A stretch of 64,000 nucleotides of DNA from Callorhinchus milii (Eukaryota): positions 71,116,001 through 71,180,000 of the forward strand of contig NW_024704742.1 in the NCBI RefSeq assembly GCF_018977255.1. Direction: 5' to 3'. The notes under the pieces were generated by a model that made no database searches, was not told the origin of the DNA, and was given only the letters and a program-made list of their open reading frames with translations. Shown piece after piece: positions 12,220 to 25,699 of this stretch (its first letter is position 1; each line of letters begins with the position of its first letter). Position numbers and translations under genes: made by a program.

Positions 12220-15200
12220 TCGCCTCCCCACACCCGCTCGGTTCTCTTGCACGCACACCTCCTGTTTTTTATGTTGAAATGTCACCTCAATAAAAATGAT
12301 AAATTATTTAAAAGCCCAAGCTTGTCACACAGCGTTGTTTATGTCAGACAGGACAACGCCCACAAAACACAATCAATTCACTTCACAGTATATTCTGTGA
12401 AGCGCTTTGAGACATCTCAAAGACATGATAAGGTTCCATATCCAATATAAAGATTATTATTATACTGCACTTTGATAGTGAGGAGGACATCAAATCCATG
12501 GCTCAGGCCTCAAGGTATCTCTCACCATGTCAACAGTGTTGTTCATACCCTGCAGACGTCTTGGAGCTTCACAATAACTAACAGCGCCTTTGATTCACCC
12601 TCCTACCCCTACCCTCTGTGCCTTCCACCCCTCCTGATCTCATCTCCCAGCTTGGGTCCAAATCCCTGACTGTCCAGCAATTTGGGATGTCCTCCTGATG
12701 TGACACTTGTCATTTCTTGTTACTGTTGTCTCAGAGCTTCACAACAACGCATTTGGACAACAAATTTCATACAACTTTGAATGACGTTCGTTCTGTGTGT
12801 AGTTTCTATTTACTGTCCTGCCCCCACCCCCCTCTCTCCCCCAACAAGGAGCTCAGGAGCTAGTAATCGTAGGTAATAATGAAAAGATATATTAATAATT
12901 TGGTTACTCAATCCATGACTGTTTGCAGGACAGTGCTGTGCACAATTGGCTGCCATGTTTCACCCACTAAATACACAGTCAATCCACATTGCAATATATT
13001 CTGTGAAGTGCTTTGAGACGTCTCAACAACGCGATAAAGATTAACTAATTCATTAATTTTTTTCTTAGGTCTTGCAGGACTTCACAGAGATGTCTGAGCA
13101 GGGAGAAAATTTTGAGGGATCTTTAACGTCCACCTGAACAGGGCACAGATAGGATCTCAGTTTATCGTTTCATCAAAAGGATAGAGCCTCCCATAATACA
13201 GTGTCCCCCCAAGCACTGCACTAGAGGGTCGGTCTGGACTATGAGCTCAAAGGCTCAAAGTGGGGCTTAAACCTTCTGACCCAGAGGCGAGAGCAATGCT
13301 GACTGAACCACTGTTAGGTTTGTCTTTGGGTGTCTGTGACGGGATGACCTTTGGTGTTGATGGGATATCAGTCTCTCATGGACCCATTCTGCAGTTTGAG
13401 CTCTCACCTCCTGGGGGAGAGCCATATATCACCAAAATGAGAGGATAAACAGGGGTGGAGAAAAGATGACACAGGTCTTTAGGTCTCTTCCTAAACTTTG
13501 ATTGTGCTGAAAAACAAAACACCTTACAAGTTCACAGGCACAGTTTCATCATTGATCTCCTGCTCACAACTCACTCCTTCCTCCTTTACACATACTGTAC
13601 CAAAGGGACCCCCAAGCCTTGGCTGTTGCCAACCTGTGCCCAATACTCTCTGGAATTCAGGAAGCAAGATATGTCCCTCCAAGGAGAGAGAGAGAGGGAG
13701 TGCGCATTCCACTCCAATTATGTAGATGTCGATAGGCTGTTTCCACTTGTTGGTGAGTCCAAAGCCAGTTGTGATAATTATAAGATAGCCTGCAATAATA
13801 ACTACAATTTTAGATTCACACAGTGCAATTCACATTGGGGCAAGATCTCAAAGAGCTTTACAGAGTTGGCTGGCAGCCCAGGCTGGGGGCGCGGCGGAGC
13901 TCAGAAGAGTGGGGGATGGTTAAAGGTGACCCCCAAAAGCTCTGATAAAAAGGAAGGTATTAAGGGGCTTCAAAAGTGGGGAAGGTTGTTGACAAGCTGG
14001 AGAGACTTCAGGATGGAGTTCCATCTGCACTTTCGGACGTGCTGTTACTCGGATGAGATATGGTACAAGGTGTTAAAAAGTCCTGTTACCCCCATGTTTT
14101 TGTCTACAGTGCACTAGCAATTGAAACATAATAATAATCCTTGCATTTGATATAGCGCAATATCATATCTTCGAGACGTTTCAAAGCGCTTCACAGGGTA
14201 CACTGACGATATATTTTGTGGGCAAAATGCAAAATAACATATGGAAGAATGATGATAACTGTATATAGAAGTACTTAATTGTTGTCAGTACAAGTGTTTA
14301 ATTGTATTTAGATGTCCAGAGGATCAGTGTGAGTGAGCGCCATCATTTTCATGGCAGATAATAATCCGTCACCATGTTCGATGACATCTTCAGTAACATG
14401 GATGGAGTGATGAGGACTTTACTGGTGTCAGACATTGTTACACTGGACTTATCTGCAACAGAAAATAAAAATTCTTGGAAATATTTCTACTCCGCATAAG
14501 TCTCCAACTCATCTTCCCGTTTCCCATGCCCCTCAATCACCAGATATAGTTTGCTGTGAGTTAGCTGTGCTGTTTACTCAGGTGTATGTCACTGTCTCAC
14601 GCCTTTAAGTCTTCAGTCAGCTGTCTCTGATAGAATGTATAATAATAATAATCCTCGCATTTGATATAGCGCTTATCACATTATTAAGACGTCACAAAGT
14701 GCTTCACAGAATACACTGTAAAGTGAATTCACCAGGGAGACGGTGGAAGCAAAAAATGATGATTCTTTCAAGAACAAATTAGATAGATTTCTGTTAGGAA
14801 TCAATATCTCGGGATACAGTATATAGTTTGGGACACGATATGTCAAGCGACTGCTAGGATGGTGGAAAGCAACCTGGAGGGACCTTAGTCTTCTTTTGTC
14901 TAGCAAATTCTTATGTTCTTATGTTATGACACTGTCTCATGGCTTTAAGTTGTCTGTCTCTCCCTCTGACAGATTGCAAAACAACAATAATAGTAATCCT
15001 TGCATTTGATATAGCACCTTATCACATTGTTGAGACATCTCATATCGCTTCACAAAAAAAATTGTCACATAAATTGACTGTATTTTGGGTTTGAAACACG
15101 GCAGCCAATTGCGCACAGCCATGTCCCACAAACAGTTGTGGATTTAAAGACCAATTTTTTTTGAGGGATTGTTACCTCTGGAAAGCGATACGCTAATACA

Positions 15201-18200
15201 ATAATACAATATTAACCACACTCTTTGCAGTTGATAGCATTATTACGTTCATTTACAAAATGAGACATCTTCTCAACGTGAAAGATCACTCAATCCACGA
15301 CTGTGTGTGGGACACTGCTGTGTGTAATTGGCTGCCACCTTTAGCCTACAAAATATATCCGATTCATTTAAAGTATACCTCAAATAGGATCAGGGGGAGG
15401 TGGAGGAGGAGGATGGCCGAAGGCAAAGTCGAAGAGAAGAGTCTTGAGACGTATCTTGAAGAAGACAAGGGAGGGAGCGACGCAAAGGGACTCTGAGTTG
15501 GAATTCCAAATGGTGGGGCCCCGCGGGGGGACCATGGAGCAGGCCAGAGACTGTTGAGTGGAGGGGCGGACATGTTGATATGGGGTTAGCAGGTCACAAA
15601 GGTAGGAAGGAGCAAGACCGTGGAGAGCCTTGAAGGCAAGGATGAGGATTTTGAACTCTATCCTCTGAGGGATGGGGAGCCAGTGGAGCCTGGCGAGGGT
15701 TGGGGTGATGGGGTCATGGAACCTGGTGCAGGAGAGGACACAAGCTGTAGAGATCTGGATGATCTGCAGCTTGTGGAGAGAAGAGCTGGGAAGGCCAACA
15801 AGCAGGGAGTTGCCATAATCAAGCCTAGATGTGATAAGATGTCTCTTCTATAACACTTCAATGCAGTGCTGGGGAAGCACTTTATTGTCTCTTATATTTC
15901 AAAATATGCAATCAATCCACTTTACAATATATTCTTTGAAGCGCTTTGAAACATCTCAATGGTGATATATCAAATGCAAGCATTATTATTATTATCTTTA
16001 ACTTCCAACTGAACATGCACGGACAGGGCCTCAACCAAATGTCACTTCCGAAGGTTGGTGCTTCTGACAATGTAGTGCACCTTATCCCCATCCATTCTCC
16101 CTCCCTGTTCCATGTTGGAGAGTCAGTCTAGACTGTTCCTGATATGGGGGTGGTGGGGGAGGTGCTTGAACCCAGAGTAAGTGTTGGCATTGGATATGGA
16201 TTTAAGTACAATCAATGAGAGATTGTTGGAAGAGATTCAGATAAATAAGAGAAAAAATATAAAGGAGTGCACGGAGTGGGGGTGTAGTGGGGGGAATCAA
16301 GGATGGGAGTTTCAGGAAAGTCTGGACTGATGCTCCAATGCAGTGCTGGGGGAAACACTGCATTGTCTGAGATATAGACCTTCTGATGAGCTCCCATCAG
16401 GTGGACGCTAAAGGTCCCACGGCCCTATGTGAAAAGAGAAAGGAGTTTCTTCTTTCTCAGTGCCCTCATCAACAATGACCAAGATAAAATTTGTGTGTTA
16501 GTCTGGCTCAGTGGTAACGCTCTTGCCTCTGAGTCAGAAGGTTGTGGGTTCAAGGCCCACGTCAGGACTTGGAATCACATCCTCTAAGCTGACACTCCAA
16601 TGCAGTGCTGGGGAAGCGCTGTATTGTTGGAGGTGGCATCCTTCAGATGAGACATTAAACCCGGCTGCCTGTTCAGGTGGCTGTTAAAGACCTTATGGCA
16701 CTTCCCGAAAAGAGAAGTCATTTCTCTCTTCTGGTGTCATGGTCAACAATCCCCAAATAAAATAACTTTGTGGCTGTTTGTGGGTATGTCACTATGCCCA
16801 AATTAGCTGCCATGTTCACCCACAGATAGAATCACTACATTTTACAGTGAATCCTCTAAAGCGCTTTGAGAGGTTCTCCTAACATGAAAACTGACATATC
16901 AAAGAGAAGTATTATACAGCATTATTAATTACAAAGTATTTATATGGTTTTCTTTAGATATCTATCTCTATCTCAAGACCCTCCTCTGCAACCGTGCCAT
17001 CGGTCACTCCCCTTCCCCTCCCCTCCTTTCTCCCTCGCCGACCCCAGCTTGGGTCTGAAATGTTGCACACTGTCCAGGGTATTGGGTCGTCCTCCCGACT
17101 TAAAAGGCGCTATACAAATGTAATCTTGTTGTTGCTGTTGTAGTTCCATCTTGAAAGATGATTGGGACCCTGCTGGGGTATCCATATCCCTACAACGCTA
17201 TGTGTTAAAATCTCTCCCTTTGCTCTCTTGCTAACTATCTTAAATTGATGTCCTCTAGTCACTGACTCACAGACCAATGGAAATAATTTCTCCTGCAAAC
17301 CCAGGAAGCCCCTCATCATGTTATGGACTAATTTTTCTGGAGTCCTGTAGCATAGTAGTTAGGGCACTCGTCTCGCGAGGACCCGGGTTCGATTCCCAGA
17401 TGGGGCGAAACCTTAGACAATTTTCCTTACTCCACATGTCTCTATTTACCTAGCAGTAAGTAGGAACCCAGTTGTTAGTCAATTGACGGATTGGTTTCAG
17501 AGGGTAATAATCCCTTCAAAAAAAAATAATATTAATTTGGTCACTCAATCCATGACTGTTTGTGGGACACAGCTGTGCGCAATTGGATGCTGTGTTTTGC
17601 CCACAAATGCTTACAATATATTCTGTGAAGCGCTTTGAGACATCTCAATGAAGTGATAAGCTATATCAAATGCAAGGATTATTATTATTATTATATTTTA
17701 AGGACCTCAATTAGGCCTCTCCTTAACCATTGAAAATATAATCATAATCCTTGTATTTGATATAGCAGTTCAACACAGTGACAAAAGTTCTCAAAGTACT
17801 TCACAGGATTTTATTGTAAAATGTAGTGACTGTATTTTCTAGGCGAAAGCAGCAACCAATTTGTGCACAGGAACGTCACACAAACAGCCATGAAGTGAGT
17901 GACAAGTTTTATCACTCACGTTGGCTACCATGAGAGAGAAACTCTCTTCTCTTTTCAAACAGCACCACAGGATCTTTAACATCACTTGAGCAGGTATTTA
18001 GTTTTTGATTATCCTCTCATAACCAAAGATTGGCATCTCTAACAATATGGTACTTCCCCCTTCAACCCCCACCCCCGAGCACTGCACTGGAATGTTAGCC
18101 TTGAACATGAGCGAAGTGTCCCACCATAGGGCTTGAACCCACAATCTTCCGACTCCACCACCCACACTAAACTCCGTATCCCCATCACATCAGTCCTCGC

Positions 18201-19925
18201 CGGGTATCACTGGCTCCCAATTACCGAACGGATCAATTTCAAGATCCTCTCACTCGTCTCACGTCCTGGCATTTCCCTACCTTTCTGACTTGCTTCTTCT
18301 CAACTCTACTGCATGCTACCTCTGCTCTGCTGGGTCCAGCTTCCTGCTTGTCCCTCATCCCCTTCGTTCCACCTTTGGTGGCAATGCTTTTAGCCACCAG
18401 ACCCCGGAGCTTTGGAACTCTCTCGCTCAATCCCTCCACCTTGCTCCCTCCTTCCCCACTTTTAGATTAGGACTGAAGAGCTTCCTCTTTGACTGTGCTT
18501 AGGGTCACCTCCTCCCTTCCCCCAGCTCGGTGTCAGGCTCTGCGACTGTTAAACGCTCTGAGATGCGGCCTTACGTGAAGTGTGCTATATAAATCCAAGT
18601 TGTTGATTTGGAGGAGAAAGAGTGCTCCTGACTGAGTCAGGCTGACACTGATCCCAATTCCCCCCATGATGCTGTTAGAAAAGAGAAGGGAGATTCTCTC
18701 TCCTGGTGTCCTAGCCAATAATCCCCCAAATAAGTATGCAAAATGGTGTGTGCAAGCTACACAGTCACTACACCTGATAGTTACTCTGTGAAGTACTTTG
18801 GGAGGTTGTGAGGTTTGTAGGGGTTGTATGAATTGTAAGGGATTATGATTATTATTACTGGTTTTGATGCTGTAATTCCATGGTCTGCACCTTGTCGTAT
18901 GCATTAGAGGCCCCGTTCCTAAGCACCAGCTCCTTGATAGAGATGTTAATCATCACATCGTGAGCTGCTTTCTCTCTGAATTGGTTCCACTTCGGCCCTA
19001 GTCTGTGGGGAAAATATACATACATGTATACAGTATTTCCTCTCAGTCTCGCCTCTCGCTTGTTCATTTTACTGTGGCATCATCCAGGTCAGTGTTGACA
19101 GAGTTCTGGTGTTGAACCTTCCCTCTCCCACTCCCCCCAGGCTGTGTGCCAGCCTGGCTCAGTCGGTAGCTCTCGCGCCTGAGTTAGAAGGTTGCCTTTG
19201 AGCTCACAGTCTAAGCTGATGGTCCAGTGTAGTGCTGGAGGCAGTACTACATTGTTGGAGGCGTCGTCCGGCTTCCGTCATGTACCTCATGCTCTCCATT
19301 CCATCATTGGTGGCCGTGCTTTTGGACATTACACCCTGAAAGTCTGGAACACTCTTCCTCTATCCCTCCGCTTTGCCCCTTCCTTCCCCATCTTCAAGTC
19401 TTGCCTGAAGATCTTCCATTTCAAGCATGCCTATGGTCATCTCCTCCCTCAGGCTCGGTGTCGTGCTCCGCCAGTGTCGAGAGCTCTAGGACGCGACACT
19501 GCCTGATGGGTGCTATATAAATGCAAGTGTTTTTAATATTATTTATCTTCCTGGAACCACTGTTGTTCTCCGCATCCCTGCAATTTCAGGCATTGGGGGA
19601 TGGGGTTTGGAGGGGGTGGGAGTTGAGCTGCCGCACAGTCGATAAACGAGAATCGACTTTCATTTTTCATTCACCGAAGCACTTTATCTGAAACTTGAGC
19701 CGCACGGCTCCGTGGCAGAGAAGTCTTCATTGGGGGCAACACAATCAGCAGTTTGAACTCAGGCCATAGTGGAACCGAGCCTATCCAATCCTCAATGGCT
19801 GGCTGGACATCAGTTTAGTAATTACTCACAGGCCGGGCCTCTGAGAGATGAAACAAAAGCTTACTTTCCTCATTAATCATCATTGTTTTCTTTGGAATAC
19901 CCTCTGACCCCCAGTGGATGAGATG
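12220..19925 (-). repeat. Right arm of large inverted duplication
   Basis: Starts TCGCCTCCCCACACCCGCTCGG (reverse complement of 7692-7713). Position 19925 pairs with window position 1, so the arm may extend further right. Confidence 0.98.
17339..17693 (+). mobile_element. Full-length tRNA-headed CORE-like SINE (right-arm version, different copy sequence)
   Basis: Same family and same insertion point as 2232-2597, but the internal sequence 17351-17659 is strongly diverged from it. Confidence 0.92.
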
Positions 19926-20552
19926 TGAGTACCTGTCGGGCGTTGCGGGGCCTAGCGACAGAGTTGAGGCCTTCCTCGCTTAGCACTCCCCTCCCATCCC
20001 CCCCCTCCCTCACCCCTTCCCCCCACCTCTCCACTGCGGAGGCCGGAATCCACGAACAAGTCTGGGACCCTAATGCCTTTTGTAATGGCGAATTATAAAG
20101 TGTTACAGGGAAAGATTAATCTGAGGGAGAAAGGGACAGGCCTCAGACTCCGAGGTAATGTGAGAGGGCCAAAGAGCGATGGAAAAATGCAGACAGGCTG
20201 GTCCCTGTGACTGGAGCAGCGCAGACATATTAACCTTAAAACATGTCATTTGTTTATTTAGGTTTAAATGTCTGACCGCAAACATCGCATTAAATAAAAT
20301 CGGTAAACGCTTAACAAATTGTCAGCCCCCCGGACAATGTTACTCAGTGAGAAGCGTTGTCTCTAACACAGGGACGCAGCACTCCCGTGTGTTCTCCACA
20401 CTCTATTCATACCCTTCGGGGTTTTCACACAAGCACACACACACCTTTCAATTGCTTTTTAGTTTTTTTTTGTTCATTTTATTATGCTTTTACTTTTATT
20501 TTTACTACTATTTTGATACAATTTCAAATTGGTTGGCACTTTGATTATTAAA

Positions 20553-20636
20553 GTGTTATTATATAATATACAGTTATAGCCAGTAACACACAGTGTGTTA
20601 TTATATAATATACAGTTATAGCCAGTAACACACGGT
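20553..20636. repeat. 42-bp tandem duplication GTGTTATTATATAATATACAGTTATAGCCAGTAACACACAGT
   Basis: Two adjacent copies, with a related remnant at ~21945-21970 on the far side of the CR1. Confidence 0.9.
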
Positions 20637-20639
20637 ACA

Positions 20640-21933
20640 TTATTAGCTAGATTTGCTGATGACATCAAGTTGGGGGAAACAGTGAAACCATGGGAAGCAA
20701 ATAATAATAATCCTTTCATTTGATGCAGTGTCTTATAAAATTGACATGTCTCAAAGCTCTTCACAGAATATACTGTAAAATGAAATAACTGTATATTTTG
20801 TGGTTGAAATGTATTATTACTATTAAACATTGTTATGAAATGCATTATTATTAAGTAAAGTCTTACAAAGAGAGCTTGATAAGTTTTGCACATGGCTGAT
20901 AACTGGCAAATGAAATTGAATGCAAATAACTAAGGTACTACATACAGAAAGTAAGAATAGGAAACATATTTACTCCATGGATAATAATATTCCCAACATT
21001 TGATCCGACACCTTTCACATCAGGAGGATGTCTCAAACATTTCACAGGACACACTGAAAAGTGTAGTGACTGTGTACTTTGTAAGCAAAAGTGGCAGCCC
21101 ATTTGCTTACAGCTAGGTCCCCAAAACAGCCATGAAGTGAACAACCAGTTCTTATTTGTGGGAATTTGATAGCCAGGACATCGGAAGAAACACTTTTCTC
21201 TTTTCGAATAGTGCAATGAATCTTTAACATCCACCTGAACAGGCACAGATGTGCCCTTGATTTAACATCTCATCCAAAGGACGGCACCTCCAATAATGCA
21301 ACACCCCCCAGCACCTTACTGGAGTGTCAGCGTAGACTATATGAGTTCAAAATCCCCAAATGGGGCTTGAACCCACAATCTTCTGACTCAGAGACAAGAG
21401 CTTTAATAACTGAGCCAGGGATAAAATTTGCTAAGGAGGAGCTGAGAGAGATCCCAGGGTGTTAGTTGACTCGTCGCTCACTGTGTCACAGGGACAGTGC
21501 AGAAGAAAGTAACGAGGCTGACCCCCAATGTTAGAGAAATGAGCTGTGAGCAACAATTAGACAAACTAGGGCTCTTGAGACAAGATGACTCAGAGGGGCC
21601 TTATCCAGATATATAACATTATAAGTGGGATTGAAAAAGTAAACCCAGATCAATACTTTCAGATGCATCAAGACAGTAGAACAAGATGAGACAGGTTTAG
21701 AGATGTAAATGGGCAATTTCAGGAAAGACGCCAGGAAGTATTTCTTTACCCAGAGGGGAATTAATGACTGGAACAGGGTTACTAGGAAGGGGGTGTTCAG
21801 ACCAAGATACTAGGACTCGTTTAAAAAGCAGCTCGATGCTGTAATAGGGATGGTTGGGAGGGTGTTCTGGAGGGATGAGATCAGATGAGCCAAAGGGTCT
21901 TCTTTATCCAATGTCAATCTTGTGCTCTTGTGA
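20640..21933 (+). mobile_element. Degenerate CR1 LINE (RT to 3' end) with nested SINEs at ~20700-20810 and ~20983-21418 (both -)
   Basis: FADDIKLG (RT motif), LQRELDK..W.DNWQMK, ERD.GVLVD-like segment, RKYFFTQR, and 3' tail ATCTTGTGCTCTTGTGAT. Confidence 0.88.
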
Positions 21934-23794
21934 TATATAAAGTAGTGTTATACCCAGTAACACAGTGTGTTCTTATCTATTATATATAGTAATTATATAT
22001 ATTACATGTTTTATACACAAAAATCACAAAATCACCTTGAGGCGAAGATAAAATTCCTTTAGCTCCTTTGATCTCACTTGACCATCTTACAATCACAGTT
22101 TCTATCTTAATAGTATTATAGTATACACTTAATAGTATAATAATAATAAAGAGGAAAGATAGGAAGAGAGAGGAAGAAAAGGAAGGAAGGAAGGTAGGTA
22201 GGTAGGAAAGAAGGAAAGAAGGAAGGAAGGGAGTGAGAATGCAAGAGTGAGCATATAAGAGAGAGTGAGAGCTCACGACCCAGCCAGCCAGCCAGCCAGC
22301 AAGCGAGGAAATGAGGCAGAGTGAAAGTGAGAGTGCAAGAGAGTGACAATGATAGTGCGGGAGAGTGAGAGAATATGAAAGTGTGAGCGAGAGAACGAGT
22401 GAGCAAGGAAGTGAGAGTGAAAGAGCGTGAGAATGCGAGAGGGATTGCGGGCATGAGAGAAAGACTGTCTGTCAGCGAAAGTGAGAACACGTGAAATGGA
22501 GCCGCAAGAAAGCCTGAGCCGTCCCAAAAGATGGAGTCCAGCGAATTCCAGGTAGCTTGATGGCACAGTCTCGCCACATTAAAGTATTTACAGCCGGGGC
22601 CTGTGCTGACTGCGCATAAACCAGCCTCACGTGGGCTGCTCCCACTCACAGTCTGTTCCCAGGGAAGAACGGGGGGAGTGGGCTTGCCCTGCCCACCTTT
22701 ACTGCATGTTCCACTTGAGTATTAAAGCTCCTGACTTTTACAGGCCCTGGTTCCAATTAGCTGGGATCTCATGATCCCACACAAGCTTGCTGCAGCCTCG
22801 GAGCTCCAGCGAGTCCACGGAGACTTGTGAATTTCCACATTATTAGTGTGTTCGAAACATTTACAGACTGAGTTACCTCAGCGCCATCGCTGCCCTTTGA
22901 TTTAAATTAAACTCAGCACTAAAGCGACTCCAAGGCTCTGTGGCAATCAGCATGTGGGACCCCAGAAAAGACCCTGACTGCTGTTCACTCCCCTTTTCTT
23001 CCCCCCTCGTCGAGGTGTATTTTGTGACTTTAAACACGTTTTGCATATGTTCTCATATGTCTGGGACACTGCTATGCACAATTGGCTGCCATGTTTCTCC
23101 CACAAAATACAGTTTTACAGTTAATTCACTTTACAATATATTCTGTGAAGCACTTTGATACAACTCAACGACTTGTTAAGGTGCTATATCAAATGCAAGG
23201 ATTATTATTATCTCCAGTTGGTAGCGCTCTCGTCTCTGACTCTGAAGGTTGTGGGTTTGATCCCCACGTTGGGACTCTGAGCTCACAGCCTGATGCTCCA
23301 ACACAATGGATCAATTTCCCACAAACGCCCACAAAAGGAGTGACCAATTTTATCTGGGGGATTGTTGGCCAGGATACTGGGAGAGAGAAACTCCCCTCTC
23401 TTTTCGAATAGTGCCGTGGGATCTTTAAAATCCACTTAAACAGGCACGGACAGGGCCTCGGTTTAATATCTGATCTCATCCGAAGGATGGCACCTCCGAC
23501 AATGCAGCACTAACCCCCAGCATTGTATTAGCCTAGATCCTACATCGGGCAGGAACCACTGGCTCAGAAACAAGAGTGTACTGACTGAGCCAGGCTGACA
23601 ACAATATGAAAAACATGTAATAAGTATGAGTTTTTACGGATAAGGTTCTATCACAATGATTTCCACTGATAAGTCACCAATAACCAGCCATTAAAGAGAT
23701 CAAAGAGGGTCTAGTATTGTAATGGGACAATGGAGCTTCTGGTTGCTCTTGACAGTGAAAGTCACCACATCAGTACTTGATCATTGGTACCTGT

Positions 23795-24150
23795 GGAGTC
23801 CTGTAGCCTATTGGTTAGATCATTTGCCTCACAAGCGAGAGGACCTGGGTTTGATTCCTAGGCGGGGCGAAACCTTAGGCAAGTTTCCTTACTCCACACG
23901 CCTCTGTTTACCAAGCAGCGAGTAGGAACCCGGTTGTTAGTTGATTGATGGATCGCTTTTACGGAGATAATAATCCCTCCACAAATAATTCAATCCACAA
24001 TTGTTTGTGGGACACTGCAGTACGCAATTGGCTGCCGCATTTCATCCACAAAATATACAGTCAATTAATTTAGCAAAATATTCTGTGAAGCGCTTTGAAA
24101 CATCTCAATGGCATGATAAAGCGCTATATCAAATAGAAGGATCATTATTT
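23795..24150 (+). mobile_element. Full-length CORE-like SINE
   Basis: GGAGTCCTGTAGCC head, GGCGAAACCTTAGGCAAGTTTCCTTACTCCACACGCCTCTGTTTAC core, L2-type tail. Confidence 0.92.
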
Positions 24151-24654
24151 ATAATAATCAACACCACTGCAAACCGATCCATTTTGCCTGTAATATCAAT
24201 ATCTATCAAGACTGATCGATGCACCAACCCCCAACCCCCCAATCAATAACCGAATGAGTTTCTGTGACCTCAAAATCAATTTAATCGAAGAGCCTGAGAA
24301 TTTTTTCTGCCACTCTTAAAGAGCCTCAAAAATAATAATAATCCTGCATTTGATATAGCACCTTATCAGGTTGTTGAGGCATCTCAAAGTGCATCACAGT
24401 GCCTGTTCAGGTGGAAATTAAAGATCCCATGGCGCTATTGGAATAAAGAAGGGAGCTTCTATATCTCCCGGCGTCCTGACCGGCAATCCCCAGATGCAGT
24501 CGATTATTCATTACACAATTGATTTTGAAGCTGAACTCTGTTATGCACAATTTGGAACTAACAATCTCCCATTAAAAAACAGTCACTACACTTGTCAGTA
24601 ACTACCTGGGAAACAGTTTGAAACTTTCTAATACATAATGGGCTATAAAAATGG

Positions 24655-24808
24655 AATTCCTCCCTCCCTCCGTTCCCTCCTTCCTTTTTTCTTCCCTTTC
24701 ATTCTGTATCACATTCTTTCTTTCTTTCTTTTTCTTTCTTTTTCTTTTTTTCTTTCTTTTTCTCTCTCTCTCTCTTGTTCCTTCTTTCTTTTTCTCTCTC
24801 TCTCTTTT

Positions 24809-24883
<75 letters not shown>

Positions 24884-24940
24884 CTCTTGTCTTTCTCTCT
24901 TGTCTCTCTCTCTGTCTCTCTCCCTCTCTCTTTCTATCTA
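24655..24940. repeat. (CTTT)n/(CT)n polypyrimidine microsatellite
   Basis: Direct inspection. Confidence 0.96.
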
Positions 24941-25699
24941 TCAACCAAAGTTCAAGCTGAGTTCTGCCTCCCCCTTGCTTTGCCGTGAAAGTTAGAGAAA
25001 GACTTGTAGAGTTGCCATTGGGGATGGGGTGGGGGTTGGTCGGGACGGGATGTTTTCTTTGGCTGGTGCTGTGACTGGGCCAACACACTAGTGGCCATAC
25101 CAGCCCTGACTCCAGTGCTGGAGTCAATCTTTCACTCTCAGGCTGACAACAAGACTGTTGGACCTTCAAGGAGCTGGCCAGGTAATGAACCCTAGGGAGG
25201 AAGGACGTCGTACATTTCGATACGGTGCGCTCCTTCACGTTGACAGTCCACATTGTTGGTTCTTTTCCAAATCCTTCAACAGTTCAGAGAGAACGAGACC
25301 AATGACCGAGCGGAGACGGCATCCTTGCCTTAAGCTACAGATCAGTTAGATGGAGTGGAGGCCTGCAGAAAAGAGATGTTATATGGATAAATTGCTGGTA
25401 TTTAATCATTCATATCAATTTTATATTTTGCCCTGTGCGCAGGGTTTATGTTATTCATTAGTGTTGACTGTCCTGGAGTCATTTGCTGTAACCATTAAGC
25501 AGCCGTTTCATCAATGTATCATTGATGGACGACCTTTAATCACCTCTATCCTGTTGTAAATGCAGGCTTTATTCCCCGCCAGCAGATCACTAGAGACTGA
25601 GATGAAGTTGTGGCGACCGAGAGCTTTCAACGTTTGTTTACAGGACAGAAGGAGGTCACTCAGGCCTTTCTGTCTGTCTGCACTGGCGTGAGCCCCGCA

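Noticed and set aside
11396..12285. Long ORFs (286 aa and 228 aa) rich in F/L/S
   Set aside because: Read-through of the polypurine microsatellite. The same applies to ORFs at 9843-10410, 24638-25253, 33445-34441 and 55854-56340.
13626..14117. 163-aa ORF open only in the right arm
   Set aside because: Composed of a CR1 scrap and antisense L2 tail; the arm difference is a 1-bp indel in a homopolymer.
25142..25181. Possible 40-nt exon (TTTCACTCTCAG|...CCAG|GTAATG)
   Set aside because: Splice-like signals only; no recognisable peptide or partner exons. Expected by chance in 64 kb.
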